DNA from: Clostridiales bacterium | GTDB taxonomy: Bacteria; Bacillota; Clostridia; TANB77; CAG-508 | Reading direction: 5' to 3' | Assembly: GCA_019419955.1 (NCBI GenBank) | Contig: JAHZIB010000001.1 | Span: 29,971-93,970 of the forward strand | DNA: 64,000 bases | Part shown: positions 39,538 through 50,000 of the stretch, in pieces | Numbering within the stretch: position 1 is the stretch's first letter | Layout of the letters: the number at the start of each line of letters is the position of its first letter | Position numbers and translations under genes: made by a program | The notes under the pieces: model-generated | The model's database searches: none | What the model saw: the letters and a program-made list of their open reading frames with translations, nothing else | Told to the model about the DNA's origin: nothing

Positions 39538-40254
39538 TTAAATACTAACAGTAACAATTGCAAGTAAAGCTAATATTATTATTTTAAAAATAGTAATTGT
39601 TGCAAGCCAGAAATTAGTAAGCGGTATTCCTATCTTGTTCAAATTTTCAAAATTATCCACCAACACTTCCACCTCTTCCGTCGTTATATTTGCATTTTTT
39701 ATAGAATATTCCTGCATATATTCTTTTGCTAAATATTTTGCTTTTCCCATAGCTTCTGTTTCTATATACCCTCTTATACATAAGTATATTAGAGAAAGAA
39801 ACGTATATACTTGGATGTATACCATTGGTTCGCCTATTCTGAAAAATATTAATACTAGAAATACAATAAAACTTAGCAAAAACAAATTTGAAAATATAAA
39901 ATTAAACAATAGAGTCCTTCTACTTTGTATAGAATGTAAACACTCATGTGCAATTGTTTGTATTCTTGTAAAAGAATCCTTTATTTTTGCTATAACTATT
40001 TTATTTGACATAACAAGAAACAAACTCGTTTTGTATTCATCATTTTCCTCAATCTCCACATTCTTATTTCCTAACTTTTCTAGTATTTTTTCGCAAATTT
40101 CCTTATTTCCTGGAAATTTATTTGCTACATCATTCAACTTTTTATCTGTTCCAATCTTTTTAATTTTTTCAATATCTCTTATTCTAACATTAAAACCTAT
40201 TTTTAAAACCAAAATTGTTATTATACTTATAATTATTATTATTAAATATTCCAT
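39538..40254 (-). CDS. Membrane protein with HExxH motif (putative zinc metallopeptidase)
   Basis: IAHECLHSIQ followed by three TM helices. Confidence 0.5.
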   Translation of the reverse strand: MEYLIIIIISIITILVLKIGFNVRIRDIEKIKKIGTDKKLNDVANKFPGNKEICEKILEKLGNKNVEIEENDEYKTSLFLVMSNKIVIAKIKDSFTRIQTIAHECLHSIQSRRTLLFNFIFSNLFLLSFIVFLVLIFFRIGEPMVYIQVYTFLSLIYLCIRGYIETEAMGKAKYLAKEYMQEYSIKNANITTEEVEVLVDNFENLNKIGIPLTNFWLATITIFKIIILALLAIVTVSI

Positions 40255-40381
40255 TTTAACCTCCTTTTTTCTCTGGTATATTACCTAAAATTTTAATTAC
40301 TACAATTAAAAAACTTTTGGTATGCTAAAATAACATATCAAAAGCATAATAACAACTCTTAAATTTCGACAATTAATATTT

Positions 40382-40714
40382 TTAAAGTACATCTCTTATA
40401 GCTTCAGCAATTATTTTGTTTACATCAGCTATCATAACATTAAATTTCACTTCTAAATCAAAATATTCTTTGACTTTATTGTTAACAATCAACATATTGT
40501 ACATTTCTTCCAATTTTTTTGCCTTTTCCTCGTCTCTATCTTCACCTGTATATTGCATTAATTGAACATCATATCTGAGCTTTTCAAACGCCTCTATTTT
40601 TTCCTTTAGCTCTAAATCAGTCATAACTTCGTTTTTAATTTTTTTGTATGACTTATATTCTTCAGAATCTTGTATCTCATATCCTAATTTGTTCGCTGTA
40701 TCATAAACATTCAT
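40382..40714 (-). CDS. YlbF/YmcA family regulator (UPF0342)
   Basis: 110 aa, helical. Pattern typical of YlbF. Confidence 0.6.
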   Translation of the reverse strand: MNVYDTANKLGYEIQDSEEYKSYKKIKNEVMTDLELKEKIEAFEKLRYDVQLMQYTGEDRDEEKAKKLEEMYNMLIVNNKVKEYFDLEVKFNVMIADVNKIIAEAIRDVL

Positions 40715-40808
40715 TTCTAAACTTGTACAACTACAAAAATAGTTGTAACTCTCCCTATATAAATATTTAGATTTTTAAAGGAATCCATAAACCTATATAA
40801 CAAGCATT

Positions 40809-42122
40809 TTAAGCATATGCATGTTTCTTCTTGAAAGTTAGCAAATTTGTAATCTCTTTCTCGGTGTTTTTCGCCTTGCTCGTCTTTTTTGCTTTTTCTT
40901 GTGCAATTTGCTCTGCCTGTCTTTCTGCCATAGTTTGGCATATTGCCTTTTCATAAATATAATGTGTATCCTGAGCAATCTTGTTCCAATTAAACTCTTC
41001 TTTTACTTTTGCCTTCGCTCTTTTAGATACATTTGATGCAAGTGCAGCATCAAACAAAAGACTTAAAACTGAATCAGCTATTGAATTTGGATTTCCTGCA
41101 TAGCTTTTCATACCATCAACTCTATGTTCAACTATTTCGTCTAATCCACCTATATCTGAAACCACAGTCGGAACTCCCGCAAGCATTGCTTCTAATGCAA
41201 CAATTCCAAATGGCTCATATGTACTTGGGAACACTGCAACATCAGCACATTTATACATTTTTTGCACCTGTTTTGAATTTAAATATCCAGTAAAATACAC
41301 TTTGTCTGCCAACCCCATATTGTATGCCTGTACTTTCAATTCTTCTAGCATTCCACCTTTTCCTGCAATAATAAGTTTTGCATCATGATAATTTGACAAA
41401 ATTTTGGGCATTGCTGATATTAGATGCTGAACACCCTTTTCATATACTAATCTTCCAACATAAAGTATAATCTTCTCATTATCCATCGCATATTGCCTTC
41501 TAAAATCGTAATCTCTATCTACTCCTGTAAAAGCACTCATATTTATTCCATTTGGAATAACATTTATCTTGTCAAAAGGTAGCCCAAATAATCCTTGTAC
41601 ATGACTTTTCATATAATTACTATTAACAATCACTTCCGTAGATTCATATGTTAAAAGCCATTCTGTATCATTTATATATCTTTGTGTATCATCATGTATT
41701 CCAGAATTTCTACCAGATTCGGTCGCATGTATTGTAGATACAATTGGTATATCAAATGAATTTTTAAGTGCTTTAGCTGCATTTGCAACCAACCAATCAT
41801 GTGCATGTATTACATCAAATTTTCCATTTTTATTAATTATTTCACTTGCCTTAGCAATTAAATTAAAATTAAGTTGCATAATCCAATCTATAAAATTATT
41901 AGGATGTATCATATAGTTATCAACTCTATATACATCCACCCCTTTATCATTTTCATAATACGGAGTGTCTCCATCCTTATATGTAACAACTGTAACTTCA
42001 TGCCCATCCTTTATTAGCCTTTTAGATAAATCGTGTACAACTCTAGCGATTCCCCCAACTATTCTTGGTGGATATTCCCATGTTAACATTAATATTTTCA
42101 TTGGCAATAGCGCCCCTTTCAT
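40809..42122 (-). CDS. Glycosyltransferase family 4 protein with basic C-terminal tail
   Basis: GT-B fold; MKILMLTWEYPP N-terminus (GT1/GT4-type); E-x7-E region. Confidence 0.8.
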   Translation of the reverse strand: MKGALLPMKILMLTWEYPPRIVGGIARVVHDLSKRLIKDGHEVTVVTYKDGDTPYYENDKGVDVYRVDNYMIHPNNFIDWIMQLNFNLIAKASEIINKNGKFDVIHAHDWLVANAAKALKNSFDIPIVSTIHATESGRNSGIHDDTQRYINDTEWLLTYESTEVIVNSNYMKSHVQGLFGLPFDKINVIPNGINMSAFTGVDRDYDFRRQYAMDNEKIILYVGRLVYEKGVQHLISAMPKILSNYHDAKLIIAGKGGMLEELKVQAYNMGLADKVYFTGYLNSKQVQKMYKCADVAVFPSTYEPFGIVALEAMLAGVPTVVSDIGGLDEIVEHRVDGMKSYAGNPNSIADSVLSLLFDAALASNVSKRAKAKVKEEFNWNKIAQDTHYIYEKAICQTMAERQAEQIAQEKAKKTSKAKNTEKEITNLLTFKKKHAYA

Positions 42123-42308
42123 TCTTCTTTTGATTATATGCTCTACAAATATATTTTATACAAAATTTTTATAAATGTAAACCATTTTTCGATAAAATTT
42201 TTAAAATTTTTTGACACAATCATTAAATTTTTATACTCTTCTTTAAGGGGTCAATAATTAATATTGTTTTATTGAAACATAAGTCGTCCATAAATTATAT
42301 TTATTTCT

Positions 42309-42340
42309 ACAAAAACTGAGCCTCTATAAGAGAGGCTCAG
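42309..42340 (-). terminator. Intrinsic terminator of the 146-aa membrane-protein gene
   Basis: tgagcctct-ataag-agaggctca 9-bp stem followed by a T5 run on the minus strand. Confidence 0.7.
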
Positions 42341-42344
42341 CTAT

Positions 42345-42785
42345 TTATGGAACGAAGAGGTCTTTTTTCAGTCGCTCCAGCATATTAATCAAAACTTGTA
42401 GGCTCCGAAGTTGGTCTTGATTCATTGTAGAACACTTCTGCAGTTTGTGGCATTCGTACTCAAATACTTGACAATATTCTTTAAACTCTTCATAAAGCTC
42501 ATCACTACGTTTCTTTTCTCCACCAAGTAATGCTTTGTAGCGCATACTATGTATTTCTTTAATCTCGATAAACATGTTGTACATATGTCTTACCATAGCT
42601 TCATCTTTAGCAAAAGTAATTGCTTTTTCGGACACGATATATATTATTATGATTATATACCCAATCATTAAAGCAATTTGTTGCCCAATTGTTAAAACTC
42701 CTAATCCCATACAAATGCTAAGAGCTACTACAAGTGCTACAAATACCCAAAAAGCTACTTTTTCAATGACGTATCTTTTTTCCAT
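42345..42785 (-). CDS. Hypothetical membrane protein (two TM helices plus cytoplasmic domain)
   Basis: ORF and hydropathy. Confidence 0.55.
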   Translation of the reverse strand: MEKRYVIEKVAFWVFVALVVALSICMGLGVLTIGQQIALMIGYIIIIIYIVSEKAITFAKDEAMVRHMYNMFIEIKEIHSMRYKALLGGEKKRSDELYEEFKEYCQVFEYECHKLQKCSTMNQDQLRSLQVLINMLERLKKDLFVP

Positions 42786-42933
42786 AATACAACCCTCCTA
42801 AAATATTAATTTTAAAATATATGCACTGCAAAGCTGAAAAAATGGAGACTGCTATAAATATATATATTCATTGTAACACAATTTACATAAAAACACAACA
42901 CAAGTTTTCTATCCTGAACATCGCTCTTTTAAT

Positions 42934-45576
42934 TTATTTATACATATTCTTATATTTTATATATACAAAAATACCTATGCCTGCAATAGTCAAAATTACA
43001 ATTCCTATTGGAATAACTCCTGCTTGCGGAATTATTCCACCTGCTGTTGTTTTATCATTATTTACACCCCCAACACTTCCATTGTTATCTGGTCTATCTA
43101 TCGTAATATCATCATCTATAACATCATCTATTGTTCCAACCATTTGATTGTCAAGATAAAATATAATAGAAGTATTTTTAGAAGGTTCCAATACAGAAAC
43201 TTTTATCTGCTCTAAACTCACATCATCTATATTTGCTACCTCTTTTATATATAAATATATTCTGTCCGAATTATTTAATTCTTCAATATTTGATATGTCC
43301 CTTGTATCCACTTCAAAGTTAATTGCAACTGTTCCATCATCCATTAAAATCTCTTCAGCATCAATCCTAATCCAGTTTTCTATATTTTCCTCTGTATCAC
43401 TACTTGATAAATAGAAATAATATGTGTAATTTGTTTCTTCATTACCATGCATTATATTAGACAATGTAAGCTGTAAATTCATATATGGTTCTTCTGGTAA
43501 TTCTTTATAAAGGTAGACTGATGCACCATTCAATTCAGTCACCATGTTTTCTAAGTCTGAAAGCATTGGCTCTACTGGTTCTTCAGGATCCGTTTTTTCT
43601 GCAACTGTAATAGCTTGTTCTGTTGTTTTATTTATTCCATTTTCTGTATATGATATTGTTACACTGGTTTGTCCTAATGTCAAATTCTTTCCATTTACTA
43701 CATCATAGCCCGTTATTGGTCTTGTAGATGAATCACTATATGTTGCTGTAACTTCCATTCCTGTATCTGAAAAGTTCTCTCCTTCAAGATAGTCAACCTT
43801 ATTAGGTGCCTTTGTTATCTCAATCTTCTCCAAATTTATATCTTCTTTAATCTCATTAGTTAAAGCTTTCACAGAAACATTTGCACTATTTTCTCCTGTG
43901 TTTTCTACATTCCAGTCTTGCCACTGATTTGCATTAAATCCCAGCTCGTTTGTATAATAACTTTCTCCCAAATTAACTTCCACATTCTTATCAGCTCTTT
44001 GATTCTCAGTCATTATCATAACATTTTCCCCTGATGTTTCCATGCTTACCGCCACTATAAATGTATCTCCAGTTAGATTAATAGGGCTATCCAGCTCTAT
44101 CACATGATATCCAGGCTCTAATGTAATACTGTTACCTGACTTAGTTTTAACCTCTTGTAAAGCAGAAAACTCGCCATTTTCGGCATTCACAAATACCTTA
44201 AAAGTAGCTTCTTGCATTGTATTTACTGCAACTTTATCAAGTAATTCTTCCTTACTTGCATCCCTATTAAACTTATTTCCAAAATATATTTTATTTCCCG
44301 AATATTCAAATGCAATTCTAGAACCTAACACATCATATTGATAAATATAATCATAATCCTTAGTTCCTGTTGCTTTCTGTATTCCAAATAACTCAGAGTA
44401 GACATTTGCATCATCATATGAAATATACATAAATCCTTTATCGCCTATTTCCATTACTATTTCATCATTCTCTATTTTCACTTTATCTGCACCATATGTA
44501 TTAGCAACCACACGTTGCATATATTCATCAGTCAAGTCATTTGGCGAATATACCCCTATCCCATTAAGTTCTTCTTCATTATTCGCATAAAACTCTTGTT
44601 TTAACTGTGACAAATTTTCTCTTATTTCACTCCCCCATGAATTTTTTACTATCCATGCACCATTATTATTAGGTTTATTATCTGCCTTAAAATTATCTAT
44701 GCTGTAATTATCATCCCAACCAATAATTGCAACACCATGGTCTATTGGATATTCTTCACTATTACTACAATAAATTGCACCAGTATTATTGTTATATGCA
44801 TCTGATAAAATCTGTGCACCATGAACCGCAGCATAAATTCCACCATAAGTTGTAATATGCTGTTTCATTTTTAACATTAGAGCATCTTTTTCCATATCAT
44901 CTAAATCTTCGAACATAACCGTATCATACAATGTAGAAGTAACTGTTTTATTTTGTATGTCAGAAATATCAATATCATTCATATTATCCTCAAATGGCAT
45001 CTCGGTCTCATTAATCGCTCCCATCCCATTTGATAAATATGTCTCCGCATGTAAGAAATTTCCACCTTCAGCAACTTTTCTCGTAAATCCATATGGGTTT
45101 ATTTTACTATTGTTAAATTCTCTTGTTATTCCATACATCATATGTCTTTCAGAAAAATCATATATATTGTTAGTATTACCATCTCTATAATCCTTCAAAG
45201 CTATATTTGTTTCTAATGCTCCAATTGAAGCAAATGCCCAGCAAGAATTTGTGCTTGCCTGGCTTTTAATCGCAACATTATTTGGAATTACATTTTGCAA
45301 GGTATATGCTGAATCAACAGCACTTCTAACAGCATTTACACTCTTTAAAATATTAGTTCCTCCAATAAATTTGTTGTTTCCGCCCGAATAACTCGCATCA
45401 TACATGCTAGGTTCAACAACCCTATTTTTCTCTTCCTCACTCAAATTCAAGTATGCCTTATACTCATCTGAAAATTCTACAAATTTCAAATCTCCAGCTA
45501 CAGCACTTGCACTTGTACATAAGCATACTAAGCTAAATACCATTGTAAGTATCACTATTTTTAGTCTCTTTTTCAT
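42934..45576 (-). CDS. Secreted papain-like (C1 family) cysteine peptidase, 880 aa, with Ig-like domains and a C-terminal membrane anchor
   Basis: Signal peptide. QASTNSCWAFASIGALE (active-site Cys). Later His/Asn region. C-terminal hydrophobic helix plus KYKNMYK. Confidence 0.8.
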   Translation of the reverse strand: MKKRLKIVILTMVFSLVCLCTSASAVAGDLKFVEFSDEYKAYLNLSEEEKNRVVEPSMYDASYSGGNNKFIGGTNILKSVNAVRSAVDSAYTLQNVIPNNVAIKSQASTNSCWAFASIGALETNIALKDYRDGNTNNIYDFSERHMMYGITREFNNSKINPYGFTRKVAEGGNFLHAETYLSNGMGAINETEMPFEDNMNDIDISDIQNKTVTSTLYDTVMFEDLDDMEKDALMLKMKQHITTYGGIYAAVHGAQILSDAYNNNTGAIYCSNSEEYPIDHGVAIIGWDDNYSIDNFKADNKPNNNGAWIVKNSWGSEIRENLSQLKQEFYANNEEELNGIGVYSPNDLTDEYMQRVVANTYGADKVKIENDEIVMEIGDKGFMYISYDDANVYSELFGIQKATGTKDYDYIYQYDVLGSRIAFEYSGNKIYFGNKFNRDASKEELLDKVAVNTMQEATFKVFVNAENGEFSALQEVKTKSGNSITLEPGYHVIELDSPINLTGDTFIVAVSMETSGENVMIMTENQRADKNVEVNLGESYYTNELGFNANQWQDWNVENTGENSANVSVKALTNEIKEDINLEKIEITKAPNKVDYLEGENFSDTGMEVTATYSDSSTRPITGYDVVNGKNLTLGQTSVTISYTENGINKTTEQAITVAEKTDPEEPVEPMLSDLENMVTELNGASVYLYKELPEEPYMNLQLTLSNIMHGNEETNYTYYFYLSSSDTEENIENWIRIDAEEILMDDGTVAINFEVDTRDISNIEELNNSDRIYLYIKEVANIDDVSLEQIKVSVLEPSKNTSIIFYLDNQMVGTIDDVIDDDITIDRPDNNGSVGGVNNDKTTAGGIIPQAGVIPIGIVILTIAGIGIFVYIKYKNMYK

Positions 45577-45757
45577 AAGTATATCATCCCTCCTCTGTGA
45601 ATTTCTGGTTGTATGTTATCCCAAAATTTTTCCACAGTCAATCATAAATTAATATACTTATATCATATCCTATGCCATAACAAAATTCAAGCTTTTTTTA
45701 CAATTTTGTCATAGCATAATATCTGTATTTTTCATAAAAAAGAGTACTATATCATAT

Positions 45758-46606
45758 TTAAACCATTACTTCTGTCTTGCCTTGGTATACTGTTGTGGCA
45801 GGTCCTTGCATGTAAATATGATTGTCCTTACCCCATTCAATTTTTAGTTCTCCACCTCTTAAATTAACTGTTACATTTTCATCTGTATATCCATTTAATC
45901 CTGATGCGACCATTGCAGCACATGCACCAGTACCACATGCAAAAGTTTCTCCTACGCCTCTTTCCCATACTCTAATTTTAATTCTATTCTTATCTATAAT
46001 TTGCACAAACTCTACATTTGTCCTATTAGGAAAAATCGGATTGTTCTCTATAATAGGTCCAAGCCTTCCTATATCTACATTTTCCAAATCCTCCACAAAA
46101 GTTATTGCATGAGGGTTTCCCATCGATACCACTGTAAATCTCATTTGCTCCCCATCAACATCCAAATCTAAATCCTTATTGAAAGCTTCATAAACATTAT
46201 ATGGTATATTTTTGTCTTGAAAAATAGGTTCTCCCATATCAACAATCGCCTCATTAAATTCTCCAGACACTCCTTCAATCAATTTTACTTTCTTAACTCC
46301 TGCTAAAGTCTCAATTGTAATTTTATCATTATTGCTCAACTCGTTGTCATGAATAAACTTAGCAGCACATCTTATACCATTTCCACACATTTCAGCCTCA
46401 CTGCCATCACTATTAAAAATACGCATTTTAAAATCTGATTTATTATTGTCAGGTTTATCAATCAAAATTACCCCATCTGCACCTACTCCAAAATGTCTAT
46501 CACTTAATTTTTTAGCTAACTCTGGTATATTTTCTAAATTTCTTTCCATACAGTTAATATATATATAGTCATTTCCAAGACCTGTCATTTTAGTAAAATG
46601 TAGCAT
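45758..46606 (-). CDS. dapF: Diaminopimelate epimerase
   Basis: GLGNDYIYI, two catalytic Cys (MCGNGIRC, FACGTGACA). Confidence 0.95.
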   Translation of the reverse strand: MLHFTKMTGLGNDYIYINCMERNLENIPELAKKLSDRHFGVGADGVILIDKPDNNKSDFKMRIFNSDGSEAEMCGNGIRCAAKFIHDNELSNNDKITIETLAGVKKVKLIEGVSGEFNEAIVDMGEPIFQDKNIPYNVYEAFNKDLDLDVDGEQMRFTVVSMGNPHAITFVEDLENVDIGRLGPIIENNPIFPNRTNVEFVQIIDKNRIKIRVWERGVGETFACGTGACAAMVASGLNGYTDENVTVNLRGGELKIEWGKDNHIYMQGPATTVYQGKTEVMV

Positions 46607-46737
46607 ATAATCACCTCTACGGCTAGTATATGCTACATTTTAAAATTTATACGACTTTTTTTAAGAGATTTTACTACACCATACATGTTACTTTTAACAA
46701 TTGCCTTTTTGTTTTTTGCTGTATTGCCTATTTCTTA

Positions 46738-47385
46738 CTAAGCTAAATTGCGTAGTTCATTGTATAAAAAATATGTAATCTCAACGTCTCTCAAACCTCT
46801 GTGAGCTCCTTCATAACTAATATTAAAATGTTCTGCTAAAGTACCAAGTTTGTGATTCTTGCTATCTGGAACTAACCTTCTAGCTATATACATAGTATCT
46901 ACATAGGAATTCCTTAAGTTATAATCTAAATATTTTAAACATTTATTACGTAAAAAACCTAAATCAAAGTTCACATTATGTCCTATTATGGTATTATCTC
47001 CTGTAAATTCCACAAACTCTTTTAATACAACCTCAGGACATTTTCCATCTTTTAGCATTTCGTCAGTAATTCCTGTTAAATTTGTAATAAATGTTGACAA
47101 CTTTCTATTTATTTTTATTAATTCATTATATGTATCAATTATTTGATTATTTTTTACTTTAATAGCTCCGATTTCAATTATATCATCGTCTACAGGTGAT
47201 AATCCTGTTGTTTCAATATCTACTAAAACATAATCATCAACAAACTTTATTTCATTTATATTCGTTTTATTTTTCTGCAAATTTGATAGGTTAAAGCTTG
47301 TTTGAACACCTTCTTCTTCATTGTTTATTTTTTTTCTTCTATTATTGTTTATATAAATATATTTATTGTACATTTTTCTCCCCAT
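46738..47385 (-). CDS. DEDDh 3'-5' exonuclease (DNA polymerase III epsilon-like)
   Basis: VLVDIETTG (Exo I). HNVNFDLGFL, YEGAHRGLRD (Exo II/III). Confidence 0.85.
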   Translation of the reverse strand: MGRKMYNKYIYINNNRRKKINNEEEGVQTSFNLSNLQKNKTNINEIKFVDDYVLVDIETTGLSPVDDDIIEIGAIKVKNNQIIDTYNELIKINRKLSTFITNLTGITDEMLKDGKCPEVVLKEFVEFTGDNTIIGHNVNFDLGFLRNKCLKYLDYNLRNSYVDTMYIARRLVPDSKNHKLGTLAEHFNISYEGAHRGLRDVEITYFLYNELRNLA

Positions 47386-47488
47386 TTCTTTTTGTATTTT
47401 TCTTATTTTATAATATTTATTTATAAATTACAAGAAAAAAATTAAATTTTATAGTTTTTTATTTACTTTTCAAATATTAGTACAAAAT

Positions 47489-47518
47489 AAGACTGCTAGC
47501 AAACTTGCTAGCAGTCTT
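47489..47518 (-). terminator. Perfect 14-bp palindrome hairpin downstream of the 230-aa gene
   Basis: aagactgctagcaa/ttgctagcagtctt. Weak U-tract. Confidence 0.5.
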
Positions 47519-47528
47519 AAAGTTCTTA

Positions 47529-48221
47529 TTAAAGATACCTCTCTACAAATTCTCTTTCCCAAACCCAAGCTCCTTTTATGCCAGGTAAAAGTTTCTTAAA
47601 AGGAATAGCCACCATTGCTTCTTCTGGATGATTTACTATTCTGTTTCCATCCATAATAATTGCTGTTTGACCAATTCCAATTCCAATTAAAGTTACGAAA
47701 TGGTTGCCTTTCTTACTACTATCATTGTGATAGATTGCATTAGATACTAAAATTGTAATAGGTTTACCCTCCTTTAAAGCTCTTAAGATGTTACTTAAGG
47801 AAGATTCTTCTTTAGTCAGATTGTGAAACAGAGCATACTCGGTTCCAGCTGCATCAACAATTAGTCCTTCTTCATTGTACACATAGGCTCTGTAGCCTTT
47901 GTAATCACACTGCTCTATAATTTCCAATAAAGAGGTCTGTAACCCCATTAACCTCAGCGCATATTCTACGGCTAATGGTCCACAGCCACCTTCTCCTATT
48001 GTCCCTTTTCTGCCATAAAGTAAATTCGAAAAAGCAGAATGTTTCTGACTAATAGGAAATATAGTTTCCGTAAGTGGACAAATCATCTCCACTTTAACCC
48101 CTTGACTGCTTGTAATTAATCTTCCTTGAAAATTCTTCTTCCATATCTCATCAGCCCTATCTAATACCTCTCTTTCTCTTTTGTTTTTCACTCGAATTTG
48201 ATTTTCCGGAAAATTTAACAT
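47529..48221 (-). CDS. Hypothetical protein, possible papain-fold/C39-like cysteine peptidase
   Basis: GGCGPLAVEYALRLMG candidate catalytic Cys. Later His. Confidence 0.45.
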   Translation of the reverse strand: MLNFPENQIRVKNKREREVLDRADEIWKKNFQGRLITSSQGVKVEMICPLTETIFPISQKHSAFSNLLYGRKGTIGEGGCGPLAVEYALRLMGLQTSLLEIIEQCDYKGYRAYVYNEEGLIVDAAGTEYALFHNLTKEESSLSNILRALKEGKPITILVSNAIYHNDSSKKGNHFVTLIGIGIGQTAIIMDGNRIVNHPEEAMVAIPFKKLLPGIKGAWVWEREFVERYL

Positions 48222-48311
48222 AAAATTTTCCTCCTTTCAAAAGTCAGGTACCTACCTTTATGGTATTATAACATTTAAGATAACCATTTTCAAGTTTCTC
48301 TCTTGCCTCCC

Positions 48312-49025
48312 TCATTCTTTAAACTCCTTTGCCAACTTTCCTATAGCCTTTGTCTCGATTCTTGAGACATACGAACGTGATATTCCCATCATCTCCGCTA
48401 TTTCGTGCTGAGTTTTAGGTTTCTTTCCATTTAGTCCAAACCTTAATTCAACTATGGATTTTTCTCTATCTTTTAATACTTCTTTCATTTTATTATATAG
48501 TTTTTTTATTTTAAATTTTAAATCCACCTCATCTTCTATACTTCTTTCATCGTTTTCAATAACTTCTTGTAAAGTAACAGTATTATCATCTTTGTCTTTT
48601 CCTATAGGGTCTTCCAAATATACTTCTGCATTTAATTTTTTAGCACTCCTTAAATACATCAAAATTTCATTGTCTATACATCTTGCTGCATATGTTGCAA
48701 GTCTAACACCTTTTGATGCCTCAAAGCTGTTTATTCCCTTTATTAATCCAATTGTACCAATTGAAATCAAGTCATCCTGTTCTGCTTTGGCTGTAGAATA
48801 TTTTTTGCATATATGTGCAACTAATCTTAAATTTCTTTCAATTAAAATGTTTCTCGCTTCCTCATCACCATTTTGCATCTGTTCTAAGTACTCTCTTTCC
48901 TCTTCTGTAGACAATGGCTCTGGAAATAAATTGTTGGTCGATATATATCCTATTAAAAATACTGCTGATTTCAAAAACTCAATAAAAGTTATTGCTCCCA
49001 AGCTTCCACATAACGCTGTAAACAT
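48312..49025 (-). CDS. sigK: Sporulation sigma factor pro-SigK (uninterrupted)
   Basis: Hydrophobic pro-sequence. ATYAARCIDNEILMYLR and SRSYVSRIE match SigK rather than SigE. GGAGGTG RBS before the second Met. Confidence 0.85.
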   Translation of the reverse strand: MFTALCGSLGAITFIEFLKSAVFLIGYISTNNLFPEPLSTEEEREYLEQMQNGDEEARNILIERNLRLVAHICKKYSTAKAEQDDLISIGTIGLIKGINSFEASKGVRLATYAARCIDNEILMYLRSAKKLNAEVYLEDPIGKDKDDNTVTLQEVIENDERSIEDEVDLKFKIKKLYNKMKEVLKDREKSIVELRFGLNGKKPKTQHEIAEMMGISRSYVSRIETKAIGKLAKEFKE

Positions 49026-49154
49026 AAATGCACCTCCGTTTTCCTTATACATAGATTATATGTTTTAAGAATTCAAAAGTGCATGACCAGTAAAAATATT
49101 CTTAAATCAAAATAATTCGCATATTCGAATATTCAAAGAATATTTATTTAGTGG

Positions 49155-49973
49155 GTGATTTATTTGGTAAAAATTAAAGATTTCTTTATTGGCATTTTGC
49201 TCGGGAGTGGTGCTATTCTGCCTGGAATAAGCAGTGGCGTGCTTTGTGTTATATTAGGTATTTATGATAAATTAATTAATTCTATTTTTGGTTTATTTAA
49301 AAATTTCAGAAAAAATTTTCTATATTTGTTGCCTATTGCCTTAGGTGGTTTTATTGGGGTTTTTATAGTTAGTAATATCTTAAAATATTTATTTAATACT
49401 TACCCATTGCAGACAAATTTCTGTTTTATAGGACTAATTCTTGGTAGTTTACCTCTTTTAGCAAAAAAAATAAATAGTGAGCATACTTTCAAACCAATCT
49501 ACTTGCTTTTTACCATCATTTCACTTATATTAGGCTATTTGCTCGTTATTTTGGAAAACAAGCTCAATTTTACAGGTACCTTAGCCAACATTTCTAGTGG
49601 TTATTTAGTATTATCGGGTTTTCTTATGTCGGTTGGAGTAGTTGTTCCAGGTGTTAGCAACACCTTAATACTAATGTGTTTAGGAGTTTATCCTACATAC
49701 TTAAATGCAATTTCCGTTCTAGACTTAAATATTTTGATTCCCATGGGAATAGGATTAGTACTTGGTTGTATAATTTTTCTCCTCATTATGAAAATACTTC
49801 TTAAATACTTTTATATGCAAACATACTATTCTATTATCGGATTTACTTTAGGTAGTGTTCTTGTGTTGTATAGTCCTATTACTTTTGATTTAGCAGGCAT
49901 TTCAGCTATAATATTATTAATACTTGGTTTTATGATTGCTGGAAAATTAGAAAAAATGAACAAAGAGACGTAG
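49155..49973 (+). CDS. DUF368 family membrane protein (candidate undecaprenyl-phosphate translocase)
   Basis: Duplicated PGISSG / PGVSNT re-entrant motifs; assignment to DUF368 is from memory of the conserved PGISRSG-type motif. Confidence 0.65.
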   Translation: MIYLVKIKDFFIGILLGSGAILPGISSGVLCVILGIYDKLINSIFGLFKNFRKNFLYLLPIALGGFIGVFIVSNILKYLFNTYPLQTNFCFIGLILGSLPLLAKKINSEHTFKPIYLLFTIISLILGYLLVILENKLNFTGTLANISSGYLVLSGFLMSVGVVVPGVSNTLILMCLGVYPTYLNAISVLDLNILIPMGIGLVLGCIIFLLIMKILLKYFYMQTYYSIIGFTLGSVLVLYSPITFDLAGISAIILLILGFMIAGKLEKMNKET

Positions 49974-50000
49974 TAGTCCTTTGTTCTACATATAATCTGC

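Noticed and set aside
40717-40941. 74-aa ORF overlapping the 3' end of the GT4 gene
   Set aside because: It lies in an alternative frame to the GT4 C-terminal K/A-rich tail. It has no RBS, and its translation is Arg/Cys-rich nonsense.
49040-49150. Sigma-E/sigma-K type promoter upstream of sigK (CATATAAT element)
   Set aside because: The -10-like CATATAAT is present, but a matching -35 (ATATT at the correct spacing) could not be placed confidently, so it is not reported as a feature.
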